Part shown: piece after piece, positions 9,214 to 18,061 of the stretch
How positions within the stretch are numbered: the first letter of the stretch is position 1
How the letters are laid out: every line of letters starts with the position of its first letter
Source: an uncultured Muribaculaceae bacterium
Lineage (GTDB): Bacteria; Bacillota_I; Bacilli_A; RF39; UBA660
NCBI GenBank assembly: GCA_964458035.1
Contig: CAYWFZ010000002.1
Coordinates: forward strand, 484 to 64,483
DNA length: 64,000 bases
Reading direction: 5' to 3'
Position numbers and translations under genes: made by a program
The notes under the pieces: model-generated
Seen by the model: the letters and a program-made list of their open reading frames with translations, nothing else
Told to the model about the DNA's origin: nothing
The model's database searches: none

Positions 9214-9675
9214 ATGAAAGAAAGAATAAAACATCTTAATGCAACTGTATGCTATTTGAGTATTAATAACGAAGTATTAATGATTAAATACAAAAAGAAA
9301 TGGGGACAAGTATATGCCCCACCCGGAGGAAAATTTGAGTGTGGCGAATCCCCTCTTGACTGTATAATTCGTGAATTTAAAGAAGAAACTAATCTTGAAC
9401 TTGTTAATCCCAAGCTTCAAGGATACTCATACTGGCACGATGAAGCAGAAGGAATTATATTTATCTTTGTAGCTAATGAATTTAAAGGTGAATTAAAGCG
9501 CGACTGTGAAGAAGGCACACTTGAATGGATAAAAGTAGAAAATTTAAAAGACATACATCAATTTGATCAAAATCGAGTATTTACTCCATATCTATTCAAG
9601 GATAATTTATTTGAAGGGAAATTCTTACTTGATAATAACTGCCAAGTATTAGATTATGAGATAAGGGAAATATAA
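9214..9675 (+). CDS. NUDIX hydrolase (MutT-like)
   Basis: 153 aa. Nudix box 'GGKFECGESPLDCIIREFKEETNLE'. Confidence 0.8.
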   Translation: MKERIKHLNATVCYLSINNEVLMIKYKKKWGQVYAPPGGKFECGESPLDCIIREFKEETNLELVNPKLQGYSYWHDEAEGIIFIFVANEFKGELKRDCEEGTLEWIKVENLKDIHQFDQNRVFTPYLFKDNLFEGKFLLDNNCQVLDYEIREI

Positions 9676-10226
9676 TGAAAAAAATAATGGTTGATATGGA
9701 CGATGTACTTACTGATTCTAACTTTGGTAAAATTTTAGAAGACTTTCTAGGCTACAAACCAGATTTTACTAAAACTGGATTTTATACACAAAATGCCTTA
9801 GGTGATAGAAAAGATGAATTCTTTAAAATATTTAAAGACATGGATATGTATGATGGCGCTACACTTATTAAAGATGTTTATTCTGTCTTAAAAAGATTAA
9901 GTAAAAAATATGAAATATATATAGTAACAGATTATATCTGGCCAGAGATTGTTGAACATGCTGGAAATAACTTAAGAAATAAATATAAATTTCTTTATAA
10001 AGAATTAGATTTTATTAATCCAAGAAACTTTATATTCTCCTGTAACAAATCCTTAATAAACTGTGATATTAAAATAGATGATAAAATATCTAATCTCGAA
10101 AATGCTGAAACTAAATTACTTTATACAGCTTATCACAATGGTAACATAAGTGATGATGAATTAAAGAATCAAGGTATTATAAGAGTAAATAACTGGAAAG
10201 AAATAGAAAGTATTTTAATGAAATAG
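9675..10226 (+). CDS. 5'(3')-deoxyribonucleotidase-like HAD phosphatase (NT5C family-like)
   Basis: 183 aa. 'MVDMDDVLTD' DxDxV nucleophile motif. Its start overlaps the Nudix stop (ATAATG), indicating translational coupling. Confidence 0.6.
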   Translation: MKKIMVDMDDVLTDSNFGKILEDFLGYKPDFTKTGFYTQNALGDRKDEFFKIFKDMDMYDGATLIKDVYSVLKRLSKKYEIYIVTDYIWPEIVEHAGNNLRNKYKFLYKELDFINPRNFIFSCNKSLINCDIKIDDKISNLENAETKLLYTAYHNGNISDDELKNQGIIRVNNWKEIESILMK

Positions 10227-10237
10227 AAAAAGAGAAT

Positions 10238-11239
10238 TTACGATTCTCTTTTTTTACATTTAAATGTAATAAAAACTGTATTAAAAAGTATAACTCCAAG
10301 AAGTAAAAGAATTAAATAATAATTATAAAGAAAAACATTTAGTTTATAAAATAAATTAATAACAAATAATAAAATCATCGCTACTAAAAAAGATATAACT
10401 AATGCCAAAACATTAAGTACACTTAATCTAACTAATATATTATTAGTTATAATATTTTTATTAAAACCTAAAGCTACTTCTAAAGTAATACTCTTATTTA
10501 AATCATATATAATATTCTTAGCAATAACAAATAAAACACTTATAAAAAGAATAAATACTATTATATTAAAAATTATTAATATTCTTATTTGCTGACTAAT
10601 ACGATTTGCAATAGCGATTTTTACATCAGTTACTCCTGTTAGCATTTTTATATTCACTAAATCTTTTTTTACTTTTTCTTCTTCGTCCCTTAGTTTGAAG
10701 ATATAATCGTATTCATTACTTTTTTTCATAATGTCATTAAATTTTTCTGAAGAGACACTTATATAATTAATGTGTGAACTTTCATTTATTTTATTTATTT
10801 TAAATTTATAAGTACCATCTTTTAAATTTAATATTAAATCGTGATTATTATAATCTAACACTTTAAACTCTTCTAAAGAATAATCTTTTAAATATAAATC
10901 TACTTGATTATTATTTAGTTTATTATCTTCAATGACAATTATTTTAGATTCTAACCTAACCTCTCTAATTAAATCATAGTAATCATTACAAGAATCAAAA
11001 AACACTACTCTTTTTACATCTGTTAACATTTTATTATTCTTAAGATTATCAATAATATCTTCATTTTGGTGAGTTGTCGCTAATGAATTATTAGCATAAT
11101 TTAATCTTTTTGTCTCTTGTAAATTAGATAATAAAACATTTAATACTAAAAGTCCTGCATACAAAGAAACTAATAGAATTACATATAGAAGAAAACTTTT
11201 TTTACGAACGAAACTTTTTATTACTAATTTATTTTTCAA
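10238..11239 (-). CDS. FtsX-like ABC permease-type membrane protein
   Basis: 333 aa. N-terminal TM, about 190-aa extracytoplasmic domain and a C-terminal bundle of about 4 TM helices. Overlaps the ATPase gene by 11 nt. Confidence 0.5.
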   Translation of the reverse strand: MKNKLVIKSFVRKKSFLLYVILLVSLYAGLLVLNVLLSNLQETKRLNYANNSLATTHQNEDIIDNLKNNKMLTDVKRVVFFDSCNDYYDLIREVRLESKIIVIEDNKLNNNQVDLYLKDYSLEEFKVLDYNNHDLILNLKDGTYKFKINKINESSHINYISVSSEKFNDIMKKSNEYDYIFKLRDEEEKVKKDLVNIKMLTGVTDVKIAIANRISQQIRILIIFNIIVFILFISVLFVIAKNIIYDLNKSITLEVALGFNKNIITNNILVRLSVLNVLALVISFLVAMILLFVINLFYKLNVFLYNYYLILLLLGVILFNTVFITFKCKKRES

Positions 11240-11900
11240 CTAATTTGCCCTCTTTTAATTCAAAAGTAACATCAGCATATTTAATTATTTCATTACTATG
11301 AGAAACAACTATTACGCATTTCCCTTCTTCACTTAATTGCTTAAGTATTTTAAATATTTTTGTTTCTGTTTTTTCATCTAAGTTACCTGTTGGTTCATCT
11401 GCAAGTATAATATTTGGATCATTTGCTAAAGCACGAGCAATTGCTACTCTTTGCTTTTCTCCTCCACTCATCTCTTTAGGGAAATGTTTTACTCTGTCAA
11501 CTAACTCTACTTTCTTTAATAAATCATTCGCTCTTTTATCAGCTAACTTAGAATATTCCTTATTTATCGTCATTGGAAACATTACATTTTCATGAGCTGT
11601 TAAATAGTTATCTAAAAAGAAATCTTGAAATATTATTCCTACATCATTATTTCTAATTAGCGATTTTTCTATATTGCTCATATTAGATAAACTTTTTTTA
11701 TTTATAATAACTTCACCTGAATCAAATGGTTCAATTCCATCTATAATACTAATTAAAGTAGACTTACCACTTCCTGAATGCCCCATAATAGCATAAAATT
11801 TACCATTTTCAAACTTAGCATTAACATTTCTTAAAACTGGTATTACATGTTCTTTAATTGTATACTTCTTTTCAATAGATTTTAATTCAACAGCAATCAT
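11229..11900 (-). CDS. ABC transporter ATP-binding protein
   Basis: 223 aa. Walker A 'GHSGSGKST', signature 'MSGGEKQR', Walker B 'ILADEPTGNLD'. Confidence 0.9.
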   Translation of the reverse strand: MIAVELKSIEKKYTIKEHVIPVLRNVNAKFENGKFYAIMGHSGSGKSTLISIIDGIEPFDSGEVIINKKSLSNMSNIEKSLIRNNDVGIIFQDFFLDNYLTAHENVMFPMTINKEYSKLADKRANDLLKKVELVDRVKHFPKEMSGGEKQRVAIARALANDPNIILADEPTGNLDEKTETKIFKILKQLSEEGKCVIVVSHSNEIIKYADVTFELKEGKLVEK

Positions 11901-13120
11901 TATTCTGCCTCCTTCATTAAATAATTCTCACTCTTCTTAAGAGATTTCTTTATAAATATAAAGTTTATTAATAAAGAAATAACATACACAATTAAGAAGG
12001 CAATTACATAACTACTTATAAACAATCTTGGTTGATACATAGCGTTTACAAAATAATCTTCAAAATAATTTATAATCACTTGGTATGCTATTAAAGACAA
12101 ACACATTGCAATTAAATTAGAAATAGTAGAAATGATTAATATGTCAGTAGTATAAATAATTTGAATATGTCTTGATGAAAATCCAAGTGACGAATATAAA
12201 CCTATTTCTTTAGAATTCATAACATTTCTCTTTTTTACATATGTTATAGTTACAAATATCATCACAATAAGAACAAAAGCAAGTGATGTATATGATATTA
12301 ATTTTAAATTAAATATAAACTCAGCATCCAAACCAGTCTTATCAGTATATTGATATCCTAATTTTGAAAGTTCCTCTTTTACGTAAGATACATTATAAAT
12401 ATTATCTACAATAACATCAGCAGATCCAATACTTCCTTTGTTAAGAATAGCTAAAGATCCATCATAGATTTCTTGTAAATCTTTTACTGGTGCAAAACAC
12501 ATGTAATGGGTTTCATTTATTAAGTCACTATCATATAATCCGACAATTTTAAAAGTTCTTGTTTTTGTTTTGCATTCTCTATCAAGAGAACACTCACTAT
12601 AAGGAAATTCAAAAGTAGTATTTAATAATTTATCTTTATCATAATACTTAGTTTCAAGAGTAATATCTCTTGAATCAGGATAAAAATTATAAGGACATAC
12701 AACTACACCTGTGTCTTCTTCAGAAAACTTAGTACCTTCTATAACTCTCGGTAAAACAGATTCATTTCCATATCTTAAACTAACTAATCCATCATATTCG
12801 TCATCTTTTAAAGAGGTAATTGCACTTGTATCTACAGAAGCATCATATGCAGCTTGTACATGATTTATTTTCAAAATAGAATCAAAGTCATACTTATACT
12901 CTTTTCCATTTATTAAATAATCATCCCTAATAGATTCCTTTGGAGCAATCATTATGGTCCTTCCATAAATATTTTTTTCTAAATCTTCTGATTGCATCTT
13001 TATATAGTTACTACCAAATAAAAAACCACCGACTAAAGCAAAAGAACAAAGAGTAAAAATAACAATCAATATCATATTTGCGTTATTTCGAAATAATTTT
13101 CTTATAATTAATCTAATCAT
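11900..13120 (-). CDS. FtsX-like ABC permease-type membrane protein
   Basis: Track ORF trimmed to the ATG at 13120 (MIRLIIRKL...), which has a GAGGAGG RBS. N-terminal TM, about 270-aa external domain and C-terminal TM helices. 1-nt overlap with the ATPase gene. Confidence 0.6.
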   Translation of the reverse strand: MIRLIIRKLFRNNANMILIVIFTLCSFALVGGFLFGSNYIKMQSEDLEKNIYGRTIMIAPKESIRDDYLINGKEYKYDFDSILKINHVQAAYDASVDTSAITSLKDDEYDGLVSLRYGNESVLPRVIEGTKFSEEDTGVVVCPYNFYPDSRDITLETKYYDKDKLLNTTFEFPYSECSLDRECKTKTRTFKIVGLYDSDLINETHYMCFAPVKDLQEIYDGSLAILNKGSIGSADVIVDNIYNVSYVKEELSKLGYQYTDKTGLDAEFIFNLKLISYTSLAFVLIVMIFVTITYVKKRNVMNSKEIGLYSSLGFSSRHIQIIYTTDILIISTISNLIAMCLSLIAYQVIINYFEDYFVNAMYQPRLFISSYVIAFLIVYVISLLINFIFIKKSLKKSENYLMKEAE

Positions 13121-13138
13121 ACTTACCTCCTCAATATA

Positions 13139-13169
13139 ATTAAGTTCACACACAAAGTGTGAACTTAAT
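13139..13169 (-). terminator. Strong hairpin (terminator/attenuator) between the small secreted-protein gene and the ABC genes
   Basis: Perfect 13-bp stem ATTAAGTTCACAC (13139-13151) / GTGTGAACTTAAT (13157-13169) with loop ACAAA. It lies directly after the stop at 13171 and about 20 nt before the permease RBS. Confidence 0.6.
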
Positions 13170-13170
13170 A

Positions 13171-13575
13171 TTACATATGATCTGGATCTAAATACCAATC
13201 ACCACTTATGAATGAATTAGATGTTTGATTTACCCAAATTGAATGCAGTCTTTCACTTCCATGACTATTTACATAATTTAGATGTATGTTATTATTAATA
13301 GAACTTGCATAAAAATATCTACGATCATAATTAACAACCCAACCGGAACTATTTTTTCTTTGAATAGTATTCTCAATCTTTACAGGACCATTTTCAATAA
13401 CTCTTGGATACAAAGTCGTATGAAAATAATTAGGTAAATTTTCTTGTAAAGTAACCATTTCTGATTTCCCTATACCAACCTGAGTCATTGCAGCATATGC
13501 TACTAACCCCATTGTATAAGAACCCACTACAATAGTCAACACTAAAACAAATAATTTAATCATTACCTTTTTCAT
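13171..13575 (-). CDS. Small secreted/membrane-anchored protein, unknown function
   Basis: 134 aa. N-terminal hydrophobic signal 'IKLFVLVLTIVVGSYTMGLVAYA'. No known motif. Confidence 0.5.
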   Translation of the reverse strand: MKKVMIKLFVLVLTIVVGSYTMGLVAYAAMTQVGIGKSEMVTLQENLPNYFHTTLYPRVIENGPVKIENTIQRKNSSGWVVNYDRRYFYASSINNNIHLNYVNSHGSERLHSIWVNQTSNSFISGDWYLDPDHM

Positions 13576-13629
13576 TAGTTCACCTCCCTCTATGATTTAT
13601 AACACTACTTAATAATAGTAAATCACTTC

Positions 13630-14346
13630 CTAAACTGTAATTGATACTCCTTTAGAATTATCATATACAGACGCTGCGGTACCAGTAAACTTAAACACAC
13701 CGCCGAATCCTGAAGAAGATATAGTGTATTTTCTGCTATTAGCACCACTAATTACTTTTTTAGCATGCTGATAACTTGCAAATACTGTACCTCCTTTACT
13801 TACTTTATAAGTTTGAGTTATCTTAATATCAGACCCAGACAACAAAAATGTTTGTCCAAATCCATTTGTAAACTTATCAATATTAGAAAATTTTCTTTCT
13901 TCTTTATCATTAATCACTTTTGTACTAGGCATATCTAACAAAATGACATTTTCAAACCTTGCTCCAATTACATCATTACTCCTAGTTGTTGGATTGTCAA
14001 ACCAATCAACAACCAATGTAATATAGTTTTCTAAACCTATAATATATTTTGATATTTTTAAATTTTTTTTAGTTCCATACACACTATCTTCCATAGGAAT
14101 AATTTCATCACCAAAATATTTAGTTACAACCAAATTGGGATTCATCATATGCACATCAAAATAGTAAAAATCATCTATCGTTACATACTCTTGATATCCT
14201 TCATAGTACATAGCAGTAAAAAAGTCATATTGTTCTTTTGTGAATGAAATATTATAATTATTTGTATAATATATTTCCTCAGCATGCACTGATATAATAC
14301 CTCCAAACATTATAATCAGCGCTAATGTTAATAAAATTCTTTTCAT
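13630..14346 (-). CDS. Secreted protein, unknown function
   Basis: 238 aa. Signal peptide 'LLTLALIIMFGGIISVHA'. Confidence 0.5.
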   Translation of the reverse strand: MKRILLTLALIIMFGGIISVHAEEIYYTNNYNISFTKEQYDFFTAMYYEGYQEYVTIDDFYYFDVHMMNPNLVVTKYFGDEIIPMEDSVYGTKKNLKISKYIIGLENYITLVVDWFDNPTTRSNDVIGARFENVILLDMPSTKVINDKEERKFSNIDKFTNGFGQTFLLSGSDIKITQTYKVSKGGTVFASYQHAKKVISGANSRKYTISSSGFGGVFKFTGTAASVYDNSKGVSITV

Positions 14347-14400
14347 AAATTCATCTCTTTTCTAACTTCATCGTACAATAAAGATTTCAAAAAGTCACGC

Positions 14401-14452
14401 CGGTTTTTCCGACATTTAAAAATGTCGGTAAAACCGACATTAACTGACATTT
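14401..14452. promoter_or_regulatory. Palindrome and repeated GACAT(T) motifs (candidate operator and/or terminator)
   Basis: CGGTTTTTCCGACATTT-AA-AAATGTCGGTAAAACCG (14401-14436, one mismatch) is followed by further direct copies 'CCGACATTA' and 'CTGACATTT'. This patch is locally GC-richer than its surroundings. It lies between the XRE gene stop (14455) and the next gene start (14346). Confidence 0.45.
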
Positions 14453-14454
14453 AT

Positions 14455-15528
14455 TTATTTAAAATATTTTTTATAATATTCATCAATAAAATGTTTATAT
14501 AATTCATCATTTTGAGTAAGAATTCTATCTGTTTCTAATCTTTTTAAATCATACGTACTTTTATTATAATGTAATTCATCAGAATGTATATAATACTGCC
14601 AAACCTCATAATAATCATTATATTCTTCTGAAGCGTAGAAAATTTCTGCATCAGGAAAGTATCCCATTTTTAAAGTAAAGTTCTTCATCTTCTTTTCATA
14701 ATTATAAGCATTGTTTTCAAATGCAAAATCTTTTAATATTTTATCAGGTATATTATGATCTTCAATAAATACTTTATCATCTGCGTCCTCTGTAATTGAT
14801 TTATCTTTTATAAAAATAAGACTATTATTCTCGTATTCTTTTACTATAGATAAATTAATTATTTCTTCATAATCAGCATATTCTACCAATATATAAAACT
14901 TGCCATTTTCTTTAAGCACAGTGTCATAATCGAAAAATTCATTATAATTATAATAATCTGTAATAAAGAAGTTATTACCTCCACCTATTTCTTGAATCAA
15001 CTCATCCTTATTTTCATCTTTGTACCTTAAAGTAATACTTTTTATTTCTTCATTATTTTTAGGATTAACAGATAAACTGAAGTACATATGTTCTTTTGAC
15101 ACAAAAAATATTCCTTCATTAGTCGAAAAATGTAAACTTTCACCAAAAATTTTATAAACTCTTACAGTATTATAAGAACAAATAAAATAATACAATAAAT
15201 ATGTCATAAACAACAAAAGAATTATTACTAATATAAAACATATTATTTTTCTAGATTTTCTCTTTTTATTTTTCTTTATAAATTTAGTGTTTCTATTTAT
15301 CTTTTCTTTTTTATTCAAACTTTCTTCGCCATTATAAAGGCAAGACATATTAACATTAAATAATTCAGATATCATTTGTATTTTTTCAAAACTCGGTTCC
15401 GTTTTACCATTTTCTATATCAGATAGGTTACTTCTACTTATGTGCATTTCTTTAGCCAATTGTTCCTGAGTTATATTTTTACTTTCTCGTAATTCCCTTA
15501 TGTATTTACCAATTTTTTCTTTGTCCAT
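14455..15528 (-). CDS. Membrane-anchored XRE-family HTH transcriptional regulator
   Basis: Track ORF trimmed to the ATG at 15528 (MDKEKIGKYIRELRESKNITQEQLAKEMHISRSNLSDIENGK = Cro/C1 HTH). One TM ('IICFILVIILLLFMTYLLYYFI'), then an external domain of about 230 aa. Confidence 0.75.
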   Translation of the reverse strand: MDKEKIGKYIRELRESKNITQEQLAKEMHISRSNLSDIENGKTEPSFEKIQMISELFNVNMSCLYNGEESLNKKEKINRNTKFIKKNKKRKSRKIICFILVIILLLFMTYLLYYFICSYNTVRVYKIFGESLHFSTNEGIFFVSKEHMYFSLSVNPKNNEEIKSITLRYKDENKDELIQEIGGGNNFFITDYYNYNEFFDYDTVLKENGKFYILVEYADYEEIINLSIVKEYENNSLIFIKDKSITEDADDKVFIEDHNIPDKILKDFAFENNAYNYEKKMKNFTLKMGYFPDAEIFYASEEYNDYYEVWQYYIHSDELHYNKSTYDLKRLETDRILTQNDELYKHFIDEYYKKYFK

Positions 15529-15551
15529 AAACCCAACCTTCCAAAACAATT

Positions 15552-16298
15552 TTAGAATGAACCACCATTAACATTAATGTTTTGTCCATTTATATAGCTA
15601 GCTTTATCTGATAGTAAAAACATTACTGTATTTGCAATATCTTCCGTTTCTCCAAGTCTTTTTAAAGGATTATTATTCTTTTGTTCTTCTATCTCTTCAT
15701 CTGTCCAACCTGATAAAGCAAGTGGTGTAATAGTTAAACTTGGGCTTACACAGTTAACTCTTATTTTATCATTTGCAAGTTCTAAAGCAGCAGATTTAGT
15801 AAAGTTAATTATGCCAGCAGCTGCTGCACAATAAGCACTAGCTTCTACACAAGGCATACTTCCAAGTCTTGATGCTATATTAACAATTGCTGAATCATTT
15901 CCTTCTTTAAGTAAAGGAATTGCATATTTAGTAACCATCACTTTACCAATAAAGTTAACATCTACTACTCTTTTATAATCAACCATATCTGCACTTTCAA
16001 TAAATGAATCAACATTAGTTCCAGCATTATTAACTAAATAATCAAGTTTTCCATACTTCTCTTTTATATGCATCATCATATCATATACTTCTTTTTCATT
16101 ACTAATATCGGCCTTTAAACATTTATACTTATTACTTATCTTATCAAATTCAGTCTTTACTTCATTTGCTTGTTCTTGATTATGTCCATAATTAACAAAG
16201 ACAAAACAACCACTTTCTAATAATTTTTTTACTATTTCCTTTCCAATACCTGATGTACCACCAGTAACTAAAGCAACTTTTTCTTCCATTATATTCAC
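15552..16298 (-). CDS. Short-chain dehydrogenase/reductase (FabG-like fold)
   Basis: 248 aa. 'VTGGTSGIGKEI' and 'NNAG'. The active-site stretch reads 'SAYCAAAAG', so the YxxxK lysine is Ala. Confidence 0.75.
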   Translation of the reverse strand: MNIMEEKVALVTGGTSGIGKEIVKKLLESGCFVFVNYGHNQEQANEVKTEFDKISNKYKCLKADISNEKEVYDMMMHIKEKYGKLDYLVNNAGTNVDSFIESADMVDYKRVVDVNFIGKVMVTKYAIPLLKEGNDSAIVNIASRLGSMPCVEASAYCAAAAGIINFTKSAALELANDKIRVNCVSPSLTITPLALSGWTDEEIEEQKNNNPLKRLGETEDIANTVMFLLSDKASYINGQNINVNGGSF

Positions 16299-16331
16299 AT
16301 CCTTAAAAAAATTATAACATAAAAAAAGAAA

Positions 16332-17228
16332 CTATAGTTTCTTTTCTAAGTATTTTCCCTTAAGTATATTAAACTCTCTTAAAGATTTTTCTTTATCATT
16401 TACTGTATCAAGTATTTTCTTTACTACATATAAATCTTTATTATATCCACCTTCAATATCTTTATAACCATAAATAAATTCATCACTCATAAATGAGCGC
16501 CAATCCATACCATATTCTCTTTGTAAGGCTAACCTAGCTTCACTTGATGCTCTTAAAGTAGCTGGTAACCATGGATGACGATAATTCTCATCTATTCTAC
16601 GATTCAACTCTTTAATTAAATCATCTATACTATCTGAATGATATGGGTATGTATTTCCGTCTGCTGCTATTTCACCATGTAATGAACCTAAAAAATTTAC
16701 ACTATCTAATATGGCTTTCTCAGCATCAACATTTGGAAATTTTTCTTTAATAAAATCTATTCCATTTTTTATTGAAAATAATACAGCATTTTCTTCAAAA
16801 GGAAGATATCCTTTATTTCTTTTATAATAAACATCAAAGAAATATCTAATATAAAGTACCATTTGAGTTTCTAAACCATCTTGTAAGGTAAAGCCTTCTT
16901 TAGGCACTCCATCCCACATACTTCTTCCCTCTTCAAAATGACGATATTCATTACCAGCCATTAGAGTTAGTATACCAAAAAACTCATCAGCACCAATTTC
17001 ATTTTCTGATAAGTAATATAGTAAATAATCTAAATTACTTAGATTTAAAAATATACGATGTTCTCCCGTATCGGGATGACGATTATACCAAGCTCCAGCA
17101 TTTCTTAGACCCTCTGAGTCCCCATTTTCTATAAATATTCTTTTAAAATTATTATCTCTAACACTTAAGTAATCTAAGTAATCACTCAAATATCGCCTAA
17201 TTGTATTTTCATCAATTATAAATCCCAT
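16332..17228 (-). CDS. Hypothetical protein
   Basis: 298-aa ORF with no overlapping competitor. No motif recognised. Confidence 0.5.
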   Translation of the reverse strand: MGFIIDENTIRRYLSDYLDYLSVRDNNFKRIFIENGDSEGLRNAGAWYNRHPDTGEHRIFLNLSNLDYLLYYLSENEIGADEFFGILTLMAGNEYRHFEEGRSMWDGVPKEGFTLQDGLETQMVLYIRYFFDVYYKRNKGYLPFEENAVLFSIKNGIDFIKEKFPNVDAEKAILDSVNFLGSLHGEIAADGNTYPYHSDSIDDLIKELNRRIDENYRHPWLPATLRASSEARLALQREYGMDWRSFMSDEFIYGYKDIEGGYNKDLYVVKKILDTVNDKEKSLREFNILKGKYLEKKL

Positions 17229-17284
17229 AATTTCACTCCTTAAGAATATATTCTAAGGCATTTATTTTATAAAGTCAAAAGAAA

Positions 17285-17986
17285 TTATCTTTTTTCAAGT
17301 GCATAATCAACTATAGCATCAATATGTGCTTGTGTTGTATCAAAAAGTGGTACAGATACATCTCCATCTTTAAGTAACATTTCAATTTCTGTACAACCAA
17401 GGATTACACCTTCAATCCCCTCTTCTTCAATCATTTTATTTATGACTGAGATATAATATTCTTTTGAAGTTTGCTTTATCTCTCCCTTACATAATTCATC
17501 AAAAATAATTCTATCTATTTCATCAATTTCAGCCTCTTCTTTAGGAACAACTGCATCTATTCCATTGCTTTTTATTCTATTTCTTAAAAAATCTTCAGTC
17601 ATAGTGTATTTAGTACCAATTAAACCTACCTTTTTTATGCCTTTTTTATGGACCACTTCACTTACTGTATCTGCAATATGTATAAGCGGAATACTTATAC
17701 TTTCCTCTACTTTATCTGCAACCTTATGAATTGTATTAGTTGCAATAACGATATAGTCGGCTCCTGCACTTTCTAAAGTTTTAGCAACTGATGATAAAAT
17801 ATCACCTATCTCATCCCATTTGCCATCAAGCATTCTACTTCTTATTTCTTGAAAGTTAACATTATATATTAATAATTTAGCACAAGTTAAATCACCACAT
17901 ATTTCATTAACTTGCCTATTGATTCTTTCATAATAATGGAGACTTGATTCATAACTCATTCCACCAATTATTCCAATTGTTTTCAT
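17285..17986 (-). CDS. Aspartate/glutamate racemase family protein (RacX/YgeA-like)
   Basis: 233 aa. 'MKTIGIIGGMSYESSLHYYERIN', 'IATNTIH' (Thr where many members have the first catalytic Cys) and 'LGCTEI'. Confidence 0.75.
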   Translation of the reverse strand: MKTIGIIGGMSYESSLHYYERINRQVNEICGDLTCAKLLIYNVNFQEIRSRMLDGKWDEIGDILSSVAKTLESAGADYIVIATNTIHKVADKVEESISIPLIHIADTVSEVVHKKGIKKVGLIGTKYTMTEDFLRNRIKSNGIDAVVPKEEAEIDEIDRIIFDELCKGEIKQTSKEYYISVINKMIEEEGIEGVILGCTEIEMLLKDGDVSVPLFDTTQAHIDAIVDYALEKR

Positions 17987-18035
17987 ATATTACCTCATTT
18001 CTAATTTAAGTATATATTATATTCATGAAATAAAA

Positions 18036-18061
18036 ATGAAAAAAACTACATATTGTAGTTT
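18036..18061 (-). terminator. Rho-independent terminator closing the 20228-18060 operon
   Basis: Stem AAACTACA/TGTAGTTT (18043-18050 / 18054-18061) overlapping the stop codon. On the minus strand it is followed by a U-run (plus-strand A-run 18039-18045). Confidence 0.55.
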
